40,438 nucleotides of DNA from Myxococcota bacterium (GTDB taxonomy: Bacteria > Myxococcota > SpSt-1050). Both the position numbers and the translations under genes were made by a program. Shown in pieces: positions 28,688 through 38,353 of the stretch (the stretch's first letter is position 1; each line of letters starts with the position of its first letter). Under the pieces are notes generated by a model. That model did no database searches. It was given only the letters and a program-made list of their open reading frames with translations, and had not been told where the DNA came from. Location of the stretch: assembly GCA_049969675.1 (NCBI GenBank), contig JBMFOP010000003.1:19295-59732 (forward strand), read 5' to 3'.

Positions 28688-31237
28688 ATGGAAAAGAAGA
28701 CTTTTCAAACAAATTATATTCAACTCATTGAACAGTCATTCGGAGAGGCTAAGATTGATACAAAGGATGGTATAGATTTTTCTACGATAATACATCGTCT
28801 AACTGGTCTGGGAATTGAGAATGACACTGCAAAGAATATTATTAATGAAGTTCGTATGGAGTATGAAAGGCAATCGGAGAATGACCGGAGGTTTGTATAT
28901 CTGGCTAAGAAGATTCTGAATAAGAAACTTATAGAATATGGATTTTTGACTCCAATAAATATCTCTGAGAATGCAATGAAGGTTCTTGAGAGGAGATATC
29001 TCAGGAAAGACAATGATGGAAATGTCATTGAGACTCCGGAGGAACTGTTTTATAGAGTCGCTTCATATATAGCTGCTGCTGAGAGGAAATTTAACAGGCC
29101 TGATACCGAATCACTTGTTGAGGAGTATACAATCAAATTCTACGAGATTATGGCTTCACTTGAATTTCTCCCCAACTCCCCCACACTTATGAATGCTGGA
29201 AGAGAGCTCGGTCAACTCTCTGCCTGTTTTGTTCTGCCTGTTGACGATTCAATGGACTCAATCTTTGAGGCAATCAAAAATACCGCACTTATCCACAAGA
29301 GCGGGGGTGGGACCGGATTCTCTTTTAGCAGGATAAGGCCGCAAAATGATGTGGTGGCATCTACAAAAGGGGTATCATCAGGCCCGCTGTCATTTATGAA
29401 GGTATTTGATGTAGCAACTGAGACAATCAAGCAGGGAGGGACAAGACGTGGTGCCAATATGGGAATCCTGAATGTCAACCATCCCGATATCCTGAAATTT
29501 ATAGAATCAAAGGCTCAGGATAAATTATTTAATAACTTTAATATCTCTGTTGGGCTTACTGAAGATTTTATGAAGGCGGTTATCAACAACGAATCTTACG
29601 AATTGATTAATCCCCACACCAAACAGGTGACTGGTAGGTTGAATGCAAGAATGGTATTTGAGAAGATAGTCCTGTACGCATGGAAAAATGGTGAGCCAGG
29701 AATAATCTTTCTGGATAGAATAAATGCGGCAAATCCTACACCACACATTGGTATGATAGAGAGCACAAATCCCTGTGGTGAACAGCCTCTCCTCCCCTAT
29801 GAATCCTGCAATCTCGGTTCAATCAATTTATCCCTTATGGTGCGGGATGGCAGAGTGGATTTTGATAGACTATCTTATGTTGTGAGGACTGCAACCCGTT
29901 TTCTGGACAATGTTATTGAAGTAAATAAATATCCGATTCCAGAGATTGAGAAGATGACGAAGGGGAATAGAAAGATAGGTCTGGGGGTAATGGGATTTGC
30001 AGATATGTTAATTAAACTTGGTGTTCAGTATGACTCATTTGATGCGATCAATCTGGCGGAGCAGGTGATGAACTTTATTAACAGGGAGAGTAAGATTGAA
30101 TCTGCAAAGCTCGCTGAGGAGAGAGGCGAATTCCCTAATTTTAAGGGGAGCATTTATGATAAGCCCGGATTTAAGCCTCTAAGGAATGCAACTACCACTA
30201 CAATTGCTCCAACTGGAACTATAAGTATTATTGCAGGGACCAGTTCCGGAATTGAACCTCTCTTTGCAATTGCTTATGTGAGAAATGTTATGGATAACAC
30301 GAAACTCTATGAGGCAAATCCATTGTTTTTGAAGATAGCCAGAGAGGAGGGATTTTATAGTGAAGAGGTCATTGCAAAGATAGTGGAGAAGGGGAGTATA
30401 CAGGAGGTAAATGGAATACCGCAGAGGATAAAGAAGATTTTTAGAACTGCCCACGATATATCCCCTGAATGGCATATCAGGATGCAGGCGGCATTTCAGA
30501 AATATGTTGATAATGCAGTGAGCAAGACCGTAAATCTTCCTCATGAAGCCACTCAGGAGGATGTCAAAGATATATATCTACTTGCATATAAACTTGGCTG
30601 TAAGGGTGTCACAGTCTATAGAGACGGGAGTCGGGAGGATCAGGTATTGTCAACCAAGAAGAGTGTGGGAAGTGACAAGGATGCTACTATTCAGGAATCC
30701 ACACAACCGCTCAGGATAGTCCCGAGGGAGAGACCCGACTGTGTATGGGGTATGACTCAAAAGTTAGTAACCGGTTGTGGAAATATCTATATAACAGTCA
30801 ACGAAGATGAGAATGGCCCGGTTGAGCTCTTTACGGCTATTGGTAAGGCTGGTGGCTGTGCATCATCTCAGGCAGAGGCTATTTCGCGTCTTATTTCACT
30901 CGCCTTAAGGGCTGGAATTGATATGGAATCCATTATTAAACAGCTTCAGGGCGTCAGGTGTCCCAATCCTCAATGGTCAAATGGAGAGTTGATTCTATCC
31001 TGCGCAGATGCGATTTCAAGGGCTATGAAGGCCTATCTTAATAAGAGGGTCAGTATGAAGAAGGAGAATCAGCTACCATCCTCAGAGGAGAAGAAGAAGG
31101 TTAATGTGAAAGGAAATATAAGCAGCACGGGTGAAAAGACCTCCGTCACCTGTCCCGAGTGCGGGGGCAATATGATGACCGTGGAGGGTTGCTTTGTCTG
31201 TACAGACCCAACCTGTGGGTTCTCTAAATGCCTGTAG
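28688..31237 (+). CDS. nrdJ: Class II (adenosylcobalamin-dependent) ribonucleotide reductase with fused C-terminal NrdJb/TSCPD-like domain and zinc ribbon
   Basis: [56 protein letters not shown], then RERP..TGCG and CPECG..C..C. GAGGAG RBS places the start at ATG 28688, not 28544. Confidence 0.95.
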   Translation: MEKKTFQTNYIQLIEQSFGEAKIDTKDGIDFSTIIHRLTGLGIENDTAKNIINEVRMEYERQSENDRRFVYLAKKILNKKLIEYGFLTPINISENAMKVLERRYLRKDNDGNVIETPEELFYRVASYIAAAERKFNRPDTESLVEEYTIKFYEIMASLEFLPNSPTLMNAGRELGQLSACFVLPVDDSMDSIFEAIKNTALIHKSGGGTGFSFSRIRPQNDVVASTKGVSSGPLSFMKVFDVATETIKQGGTRRGANMGILNVNHPDILKFIESKAQDKLFNNFNISVGLTEDFMKAVINNESYELINPHTKQVTGRLNARMVFEKIVLYAWKNGEPGIIFLDRINAANPTPHIGMIESTNPCGEQPLLPYESCNLGSINLSLMVRDGRVDFDRLSYVVRTATRFLDNVIEVNKYPIPEIEKMTKGNRKIGLGVMGFADMLIKLGVQYDSFDAINLAEQVMNFINRESKIESAKLAEERGEFPNFKGSIYDKPGFKPLRNATTTTIAPTGTISIIAGTSSGIEPLFAIAYVRNVMDNTKLYEANPLFLKIAREEGFYSEEVIAKIVEKGSIQEVNGIPQRIKKIFRTAHDISPEWHIRMQAAFQKYVDNAVSKTVNLPHEATQEDVKDIYLLAYKLGCKGVTVYRDGSREDQVLSTKKSVGSDKDATIQESTQPLRIVPRERPDCVWGMTQKLVTGCGNIYITVNEDENGPVELFTAIGKAGGCASSQAEAISRLISLALRAGIDMESIIKQLQGVRCPNPQWSNGELILSCADAISRAMKAYLNKRVSMKKENQLPSSEEKKKVNVKGNISSTGEKTSVTCPECGGNMMTVEGCFVCTDPTCGFSKCL

Positions 31238-31293
31238 TGTGGAATTGATGTACAGAACCGATTGGGCGGACTATCTGAATTAATTAAGTATAG

Positions 31294-31336
31294 TGTGATA
31301 GATATCACTTGCATTTCTCCAAAATTTATTTAGTAT
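31294..31336 (+). promoter_or_regulatory. CRP/FNR-family site overlapping the -35 of a class II-type promoter
   Basis: TGTGA-TAGATA-TCACT (31294-31309), TTGCAT (31309-31314), N16, TAGTAT (31331-31336). Confidence 0.6.
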
Positions 31337-31370
31337 ATGCTTAACGTTTTGACATCCAAGGAGGTTAGGA

Positions 31371-32294
31371 ATGAAGAGATATCTTTTAGCAATGTTCCTG
31401 ATAGGAACCTGTCTTTATGCACAGACAGATTCAAAAGCGCAGGACCAGGTTATTCAGAAACTGTCTCATGGCCAGGTGAATTGGACCAATAAGGTCATAG
31501 TTGTTACAGGTTCTGCGGCACCAAACCTAAAAGGAGGGGTGGTGGCTGCTCAGGTGAGATTGCAGACTGAACGGGCGGCTGAGCTGGATGCATATAGGAA
31601 GATTCTTGAGATTGTGAAGGGAGTGAGAGTAGATTCCAGCTGGACAGTAGGGGATATGATGCAGTCAGTTCCTGAGGTCAGGACCACAGTTGAGGGTCTT
31701 ATAAAGGGGATGAAGAGGATTGATACAAAATATTATTCTGATGGTGGAGTTGATGTGATTGTTCAGGTAGACCTTGAAGGTATGATGGCTTCTACGGTTG
31801 CAAAGGAGGTTGTAAAGAAGGTCTCTGATAAGAAAGAGGAGGATGCTCAGGCCACAAAAGAGAAGACTGATAAGAAAGATATAAAACCAGCATTGGAATC
31901 AAAGAAAGAGGAAATAAGGAAGGAGGAACCAAAGGGGAAGGAGTCACAGAAGGAGGAACAGAAGGTTGCTCAATCGGATGTAACCGGAGTGATTATAAAC
32001 GTCAAAGGACATCCCTATCAACCTGTAATGTATCCAAAGATATTGGACGATAAGAACAACGAACTCTTTGCTGTGGAGAAGGCTGACCCTAATCTCTTAA
32101 ATGAAGGAAAACTCGTATCATATTATCTCAGTGAAAATGCGGCAAAGAATTCTGAGAGAGTTAAAGATAAGCCAGTGATAATTAATGCGGTCTCTGTAAA
32201 GAATAAGTCAGAGATTATAATACGATCAGACGATGCAAAAAAGATAAATAGGGAACTTCTGAGAAATGGTAGATTGGCAATAATTGTAGACTAA
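31371..32294 (+). CDS. Secreted LPP20/FlgP-like domain protein with a charged linker and a conserved-looking C-terminal domain
   Basis: Signal peptide. G.VNW....I..TG..A, ERAAELDAYRKILEIVKGVRVDSS.TV.D (LPP20/FlgP pattern), Lys/Glu linker, then TGVII....PVMYPKI.D. Confidence 0.7.
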   Translation: MKRYLLAMFLIGTCLYAQTDSKAQDQVIQKLSHGQVNWTNKVIVVTGSAAPNLKGGVVAAQVRLQTERAAELDAYRKILEIVKGVRVDSSWTVGDMMQSVPEVRTTVEGLIKGMKRIDTKYYSDGGVDVIVQVDLEGMMASTVAKEVVKKVSDKKEEDAQATKEKTDKKDIKPALESKKEEIRKEEPKGKESQKEEQKVAQSDVTGVIINVKGHPYQPVMYPKILDDKNNELFAVEKADPNLLNEGKLVSYYLSENAAKNSERVKDKPVIINAVSVKNKSEIIIRSDDAKKINRELLRNGRLAIIVD

Positions 32295-32308
32295 AAAGGA
32301 GGATTATA

Positions 32309-33502
32309 ATGCTTAAGAAAATCATTTTTATTCTGGTAGGTTCATTATTATTGGTGCCAGCATATCTATATGCTGGTTCAATTACTGCGAGGGGTCAGGC
32401 AGCCATTGTTAATAATGATAAGGCAATGGCGAGGGATAAGGCTATTGAAGATGCATTGAGAAGGGCAGTTGAGCAGGTAGTTGGGACCATGGTGACCTCT
32501 GAATCAAAGACAAAGGACTTTCAACTGCTTGAAGATAATATCTATACACATTCAAAAGGTTATGTAGAGTCATATAAGATCATCTCGGAGAAGGTTGAGG
32601 AGAATGTTTATATTGTAGATGTACAGGCAGAGGTCTCAACAGGAAAGATTGAAGGGAAACTCAAGGCTATTGGTATTGCAATCTCAAGGAAGGGGAAACC
32701 GAGAGTAATGTTTCTAATATCTGAGCAGAATGTAGGGCAGGAGAACCCCTCTTACTGGTGGGGAACCACGGCCTCTGTCTCTGATATAGGTATTGTAGAG
32801 AATACAATGATAAACATCTTCCAGAAGAATGGATTTACTGTAATTGACAGGCAGGCTGTTTCCGGGAAGATAAAGGTAAAGGATGCATATAGGGTTGCTT
32901 CACTCTCTTCCGATGCTGCAAAGTCAATTGCAAATCAGACCGATGCCCAGATAGTTATCTTTGGACAGGCGATTGCAAAGTCTCTCGGTAATCAGCCTAT
33001 TGGGACTTCACCGGACTCCCCAAAATATCCAACCGCTTCTGCAAATATTTCGGTTAGGGCACTGAATACAGATAATGGAGAGATTCTGGCAACCGCAACG
33101 GGTGAGCATGTATATCCACATCCATCTGAGATTGCGGCTGGGAATAATGCACTCAAAATGGCTGCTGAAAAAGTAGCCAATCAGTTGATAGATGGTATTA
33201 TGGAGAAGTGGAATCAGGAGCTCTCTGGTGGTCAGATGGTTTCAATTGATATTACAGGTATTGATGACCCCGGCTTCTTATCAGAATTCAAGAACTTCCT
33301 TACCCAGCAGGTGAGGGGAGTTCAGGGCGTCCAGATAAGGAAGTTTAAGAAGCCAGATGCATCACTTGATATTGACTATAAGGGAAAAGGTCAGGACCTC
33401 GGGCTTGAGCTCTCTGGCAAGAAGATAGGTAAGTCTTTATTGGAAGTTACTGATATGCAGCAAAATTCTGTGAAAATAAAAGTCATAAAAGGTGGTAAGT
33501 AA
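32309..33502 (+). CDS. Secreted FlgT N-terminal-domain protein with a TolB-N/CsgG-like middle domain
   Basis: Signal peptide. ITARGQAAIVNNDKAMARDKAIEDALRRAVEQVVG (FlgT_N pattern), KPRVMFLISE, VRALNTDNGEILAT. Confidence 0.75.
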   Translation: MLKKIIFILVGSLLLVPAYLYAGSITARGQAAIVNNDKAMARDKAIEDALRRAVEQVVGTMVTSESKTKDFQLLEDNIYTHSKGYVESYKIISEKVEENVYIVDVQAEVSTGKIEGKLKAIGIAISRKGKPRVMFLISEQNVGQENPSYWWGTTASVSDIGIVENTMINIFQKNGFTVIDRQAVSGKIKVKDAYRVASLSSDAAKSIANQTDAQIVIFGQAIAKSLGNQPIGTSPDSPKYPTASANISVRALNTDNGEILATATGEHVYPHPSEIAAGNNALKMAAEKVANQLIDGIMEKWNQELSGGQMVSIDITGIDDPGFLSEFKNFLTQQVRGVQGVQIRKFKKPDASLDIDYKGKGQDLGLELSGKKIGKSLLEVTDMQQNSVKIKVIKGGK

Positions 33503-33520
33503 ATTTTTGAGGAGATAACT

Positions 33521-34267
33521 ATGAAAAAATTAATAATTTTATTTATATTCTTCGCCTCATCAGGGCTTGCTATGCTTGTGTTTTCCTCTGAATTGACCTC
33601 ACAGGTTACCATCTGTGAAGGGAAGTGCTATCAGGGTAAATCTGAGAATGGCCCCTGGAAGGAGCTAAAGGGCGGAGAGAAATTGAGTGGAGATATATAT
33701 CTCAGGACCGATGAAAATTCACGCCTTGAAGTAAAAAATGAGAGGGGGACAATAAGACTGGCACCCAAGACAGTTTTTAAGTTTTCATCTGTGAAGAAGA
33801 AGGGTGATAGTTCAGTAATGGTCTCAATTGGCTCAGTATGGGCAAAGATCAAGAAGACAACAGACCAGAAAAAGTTTGAGGTTAAGACAAAGTCTGCAGT
33901 GGCTGGAGTTAGAGGAACCGTATTCTCGGTTACATCACTTGTGGATGAGTCCTCAATAATAAAAGTGTATGAAGGAGAGGTTGGGGTAAATAACAGACCT
34001 GTTGTAGAGAGGAAGAATAAGGAAGAAGAGATGAAGATAGCTGAGGCAAAGAAGGAGAGGAAGGAGATTCCACCTCCATTTAAAGAGGTAACCAAGAAGC
34101 AGTGGGAGGAGATGGTAGCCAGGGCAATGCAGATGATAAAGGTCTCGGCAGAAGGCGATATCAGTGAACCAATAGCATTTGACCTTGAAGAGGAGAAGAA
34201 AGACGACTGGGTAGCATGGAATATATCGCTTGATGAAAAAGAGGAAAAGAAGGACGAACAGAAATAG
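33521..34267 (+). CDS. Exported FecR-domain protein lacking a cytoplasmic anti-sigma domain
   Basis: GDIYLRTDENSRLEV, IRLAPKT, GSVW, FEVKTKSAVAGVRGTVF, VYEGEV. C-terminal EV..KQWEE..MQ..DDWVAWN. Confidence 0.85.
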   Translation: MKKLIILFIFFASSGLAMLVFSSELTSQVTICEGKCYQGKSENGPWKELKGGEKLSGDIYLRTDENSRLEVKNERGTIRLAPKTVFKFSSVKKKGDSSVMVSIGSVWAKIKKTTDQKKFEVKTKSAVAGVRGTVFSVTSLVDESSIIKVYEGEVGVNNRPVVERKNKEEEMKIAEAKKERKEIPPPFKEVTKKQWEEMVARAMQMIKVSAEGDISEPIAFDLEEEKKDDWVAWNISLDEKEEKKDEQK

Positions 34268-34269
34268 TT

Positions 34270-35340
34270 ATGACAAAAGAGCAGAGAAATATTCTGATCT
34301 ATCTCGGGGTATTTGGGGGGACACTTGTACTGCTGTATTTACTTCGTAAGGTCTTTATTCCGGTCTTTTTAGGATTTTTAATAGCCTATATTTTTAAGCC
34401 GGTGGTTGATAGACTTGAGAAGAAAAAGATTCCACGAAGTCTGAGTGCAATTCTGGTCTTATTATTCTTGGCAATTTTAGTAGCGACATTTATCTTTATT
34501 ATATTCCCGTTAATTTCTGATATAGTAACAGCCATCTCGAATGCGGGTCCAAAGTTGATTTCACTCATTGAAAACAGGTTGATCCCATACCTAAATGAGC
34601 ATCTTGGAGTAGATTTCTCCAATGTCATTGAGGGGTATAGGGACAAATTTTATGAATTTACCGCAAATATCTCTCAGGGAGATGTTTCACTACTTGGAAA
34701 TCTTGTCAAGAGGGCAATTACAAATATTTTTATCTTTGTGTATCTAATAGTTGCATTGATTCTCATTCCCCTTATCGCCTATTATATGATTGTTTACTAT
34801 TATGAAGTAATAAGATGGATTGATTCTATGATTCCACTAAAATTTAAGGGGTTGATTGATGATCTTTTCAAAGAGATAGATGCCACGATGTCAATGTTTT
34901 TTAGAGGACAGATAACGGTCTGTACAGTGATGTCAATAGTCTATTCAGTAGCACTAATTGTTGCGAAAGTTCCAAACCCTGTAGCTATTGGGGTCATTAC
35001 CGGTGCTCTCAATTTTATCCCTTATGCTGGATTGGTGACAGGGCTTACATTGAGTCTTTTATTGGCGATTATTTCTGGTAATGGATTCTATCCTGTAATT
35101 GGTGCAATTCTTATATATATAATTATACCACTTATTGACCAATTCTTTATTACTCCGAGGATTATGGGTTCATCAATAGGTCTCAAACCTATCTTTATAA
35201 TACTTGCATTGCTTATTGGTGGAACACTTATGGGCTTCATAGGAATTCTCATAGCTGTTCCATCTGCCGCAATCATAAAGGTTCTGTTGGGGATTTTTAT
35301 TGAGAAATATAAGCAGAGTTCCTTATACCTGTCAGAGTAG
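34270..35340 (+). CDS. AI-2E family transporter (PerM/TqsA-like)
   Basis: IAYIFKP.VD.LE, FFRGQ, NFIPY.G, P.IMG..IGLKP, GG.L.G.IG...AVP. Confidence 0.92.
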   Translation: MTKEQRNILIYLGVFGGTLVLLYLLRKVFIPVFLGFLIAYIFKPVVDRLEKKKIPRSLSAILVLLFLAILVATFIFIIFPLISDIVTAISNAGPKLISLIENRLIPYLNEHLGVDFSNVIEGYRDKFYEFTANISQGDVSLLGNLVKRAITNIFIFVYLIVALILIPLIAYYMIVYYYEVIRWIDSMIPLKFKGLIDDLFKEIDATMSMFFRGQITVCTVMSIVYSVALIVAKVPNPVAIGVITGALNFIPYAGLVTGLTLSLLLAIISGNGFYPVIGAILIYIIIPLIDQFFITPRIMGSSIGLKPIFIILALLIGGTLMGFIGILIAVPSAAIIKVLLGIFIEKYKQSSLYLSE

Positions 35341-35573
35341 ATTAATCACCTTACTTATGACGAAAAAGGACATTCAGTGTCTTCTATGTAATTGTGATGA
35401 TACTTTTGATGTCTATATTGAGGTAAAATATATTGGAGGTGGAACCAATCAGTGTGACAGGTGGTATCTGACAATTACCTCAAATGATAGTTGGTATTGA
35501 TTAATATTTGGTTTAGTAAATAAAATACAAAAATACTATAAGACTGGCTTTATGAAAAGTATATCTTATTTAT

Positions 35574-35602
35574 TTGACTCTTTTTTATTCTTGTGCTAAT
35601 CA
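35574..35602 (+). promoter_or_regulatory. Putative sigma70 promoter of rpsT
   Basis: TTGACT (35574-35579)-N17-TAATCA with an extended TG. Confidence 0.45.
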
Positions 35603-35633
35603 AATACGCCTATTTTTTAGGAGGTAGGATAAA

Positions 35634-35924
35634 TTGCCAGCAAAGAAACCACCAAAGCGAAAACCATCAGTATTAAAGAGACAGAGACAGAACCTGAAGA
35701 GAAGGGCTCAGAATACCCATTTTCTCTCTGAACTCAAGACTTATACGAAGAAATTGAGAGAGATTGTTGCCAGAGGTGAGAAGGATAAGGCTCTGGAATT
35801 TTTCAGGCAGGTCCAGAAGAAGTTTGATAAGGCGGCTCAAAATGGCTATATAAAGACTGGAAATGCTTCAAGACATATATCTCGTCTCTCTCATCTTGTA
35901 AACAGTCTTATCAAACAGAAGTAG
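35634..35924 (+). CDS. rpsT: 30S ribosomal protein S20
   Basis: SVLKR.RQN.KRR..N....S..KT..KK...DKAA..G.I....ASR..SRL. TTG start after GGAGG. Confidence 0.93.
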   Translation: MPAKKPPKRKPSVLKRQRQNLKRRAQNTHFLSELKTYTKKLREIVARGEKDKALEFFRQVQKKFDKAAQNGYIKTGNASRHISRLSHLVNSLIKQK

Positions 35925-35934
35925 TCTCCATCTT

Positions 35935-35956
35935 ATCTGGACCTCCAGGTTGTTTT
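35935..35956 (+). terminator. Possible weak intrinsic terminator after rpsT
   Basis: ATCTGG-ACCT-CCAGGT hairpin followed by TGTTTT. Confidence 0.3.
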
Positions 35957-36007
35957 GCTGAGTTTATGCATTTTTATGGTGCATATATTAATATATAAGG
36001 AGGTCTT

Positions 36008-37342
36008 ATGCCAAAGAAGAGAGTAGTTATTATGGGAGCTGCGGGGAGGGATTTTCACAATTTCAATGTGTATTATAGAGACAATCCCGATTATGAGGTT
36101 GTTGCATTTACCGCAACTCAAATACCTGATATAGATGGGAGGAAGTATCCTCCTGATCTTGCAGGCAAATTATATCCCGATGGTATCCCAATACTCTCAG
36201 AATCTGATTTAATAAATGTTATCAAAGAGAAGAAAGTGGATGAAGTGGTCTTTGCATATTCAGATGTCTCTCATAATTATGTAATGGATAAAGCCTGTGC
36301 GGTTATTGCTGCCGGTGCCGATTTTAGATTTATTGGTGCAGAAAAATCAATGTTGAAGAGCACGAAGCCGGTGATTTCCATCTGTGCGGTCAGGACCGGT
36401 TGTGGTAAATCACAGACTACAAGAAAGGTGGCAACAATTCTTCAGGAACTCGGGAAGAAGGTGACCGTAATCAGACATCCAATGCCTTACGGAGACCTGA
36501 ATAAGCAGCGGGTTCAAAGATTTGCCAGACTTGAGGATCTGGATAAACATGAGTGCACCATTGAAGAGAGAGAGGAGTATGAGCCTCATATCAATACTGG
36601 AATTGTTGTATATGCAGGTGTGGATTATAAAGATATTTTGAGTGAGGCAGAGAAGGAGTCCGATATCATTATCTGGGATGGTGGGAATAATGACCTTCCA
36701 TTTTATGTGCCAGACCTTGAGATTGTAGTGGTGGATCCGCACAGACCGGGACACGAACTGCTCTATTATCCAGGGACCGCGAATCTCTACAGGGCAGATG
36801 TGGTAGTTATTAATAAAGTGGACAGTACCACACATGAGAATATTGAGATCGTGGAAAATAACATAAAGCTTAAGAATCCCAAGGCTGTGGTTATCCATGC
36901 TGATTCACCAATTATTGTTGACAAACCTGAGGAGATAAAAGGTAAGAAGGTGCTTGTGGTTGAAGATGGTCCAACTCTTACTCACGGGGAGATGAAATAT
37001 GGTGCGGGGATTGTGGCGGCAAGACAGTATGGTGCCCACGAGATTATCGACCCGAGGCCTTATGCAGTCGGTTCTATTAAGAAGACATTTGAGAAGTATC
37101 CTCATATTGGGACATTACTACCAGCGATGGGCTATTCAAAGACTCAGATGAAGGAGCTTGAGAAGACCATAAATGATACACCCTGTGATATGGTTGTGGT
37201 GGCTACTCCTATAGACCTTGGAAGGCTCCTCAAGATTAATAAGCCATATAAGAGGGTAAGATATGAACTCAAAGAGAAAGAGGCGCTCGGACTTAAGTAT
37301 CTGATTGAAAGTAGAGTCTTAAAATCACAGAAGAGGAAGTAA
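36008..37342 (+). CDS. arcE: Arginine synthetase (ArcE-type P-loop NTPase, often annotated as 'GTPase' or 'cyclic 2,3-diphosphoglycerate synthase')
   Basis: GAAGRDFHNFN, AFTATQIP, AVRTGCGKS (P-loop), RHPMPYG, TIEEREEYE, WDGGNND, EDGPTLTHG, PAMGY. Clustered with carbamate kinase and OTCase. Confidence 0.85.
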   Translation: MPKKRVVIMGAAGRDFHNFNVYYRDNPDYEVVAFTATQIPDIDGRKYPPDLAGKLYPDGIPILSESDLINVIKEKKVDEVVFAYSDVSHNYVMDKACAVIAAGADFRFIGAEKSMLKSTKPVISICAVRTGCGKSQTTRKVATILQELGKKVTVIRHPMPYGDLNKQRVQRFARLEDLDKHECTIEEREEYEPHINTGIVVYAGVDYKDILSEAEKESDIIIWDGGNNDLPFYVPDLEIVVVDPHRPGHELLYYPGTANLYRADVVVINKVDSTTHENIEIVENNIKLKNPKAVVIHADSPIIVDKPEEIKGKKVLVVEDGPTLTHGEMKYGAGIVAARQYGAHEIIDPRPYAVGSIKKTFEKYPHIGTLLPAMGYSKTQMKELEKTINDTPCDMVVVATPIDLGRLLKINKPYKRVRYELKEKEALGLKYLIESRVLKSQKRK

Positions 37343-37344
37343 TA

Positions 37345-38331
37345 ATGAGCTCAAAAGAGAGGAAGAGGAAGATAGCGGTTGTGGCATTTGGAGGGAATGC
37401 CCTGATTAAGTCTAAAGAGAGGGGGACCATCAAGGAACAATGGCAGAATGCTGAGGAAGCAGCGATGGTGCTTATGTCTATTATTAAAAATGGTTATGAG
37501 ATGGTGGTGGTCCATGGCAATGGCCCCCAGGTTGGAGCTGCCCTTATCAGGCAGGAAGCGGCATCTGCAAATGTGCCACCGCAGACACTGGATGCCTGTG
37601 TTGCCGAGACTCAGGGTTCAATGGGGTATCTATTACAGGTCTCAATTCGCAACAGGATGGTCTACGAAAATTTGGAAAAACCAGTCTGTACGATTCTTAC
37701 TACTGTAGTTGTAGACTCTGCTGACCCTGCTTTTCATAATCCTACAAAACCTATCGGTCCATTCTTCACGCGGGATAGGGCAGAGGTATTGATGAGTGAG
37801 AATGGATATAAGATGATTGAAGACAGTGGTAGAGGATATAGAAGGGTGGTCCCTTCGCCAAAACCTCTCTCAATTCTTGAGATTGATATAATTAAGCACC
37901 TTGTTGAGACTGGTAATATTGTGATTGCCGGTGGAGGTGGAGGTATTCCAGTATATAAAGATGGTCTTCGTTATAAGGGCAGTGAGGCAGTTATTGATAA
38001 AGATTATATTGCATCGCTTATTGCCAGAAATGTAAGGGCGGACCTCTTTATTATCCTTACTGAGGTTAGTTGTGTGTATAAGAACTTTGGTAAACCCGAC
38101 CAGAAGGCGATTGATACACTCACCCTTATTGAGGCAATAGACCTCTACAGAGAAGGGCAGTTCCCGAAGGGCTCAATGGGACCAAAGATAGAGGCGTCTA
38201 TTGATTTTCTGATGAATGGAGGTGAGGAGGCACTGATTACAAATGCTGCTTCACTTCCAGAGGCGGTGGAGAGAAAGGCGGGGACGAGGATTATTAAAAA
38301 TACAAGATTTGGTTTTCTTGACAACAAGTAA
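37345..38331 (+). CDS. arcC: Carbamate kinase
   Basis: AFGGNAL, HGNGPQVG, PTKPIGPF, GYRRVVPSP.P, GGGGIPV, EAVIDKD, GSMGPK. Confidence 0.97.
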   Translation: MSSKERKRKIAVVAFGGNALIKSKERGTIKEQWQNAEEAAMVLMSIIKNGYEMVVVHGNGPQVGAALIRQEAASANVPPQTLDACVAETQGSMGYLLQVSIRNRMVYENLEKPVCTILTTVVVDSADPAFHNPTKPIGPFFTRDRAEVLMSENGYKMIEDSGRGYRRVVPSPKPLSILEIDIIKHLVETGNIVIAGGGGGIPVYKDGLRYKGSEAVIDKDYIASLIARNVRADLFIILTEVSCVYKNFGKPDQKAIDTLTLIEAIDLYREGQFPKGSMGPKIEASIDFLMNGGEEALITNAASLPEAVERKAGTRIIKNTRFGFLDNK

Positions 38332-38353
38332 TTATTAAGAAAGGAGTTCGGGT

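Noticed and set aside
35634..35636. TTG start of rpsT (also dnaG and mnmA)
   Set aside because: A UUG start for rpsT is already known from E. coli, and non-ATG starts are routine.
35961..35996. Possible ArgR (ARG) boxes upstream of arcE (TGCAT-TTTT-ATGGT; TGCAT-ATAT-TAATA)
   Set aside because: Only the left half-sites match, in very AT-rich DNA. Too weak without a PWM scan.
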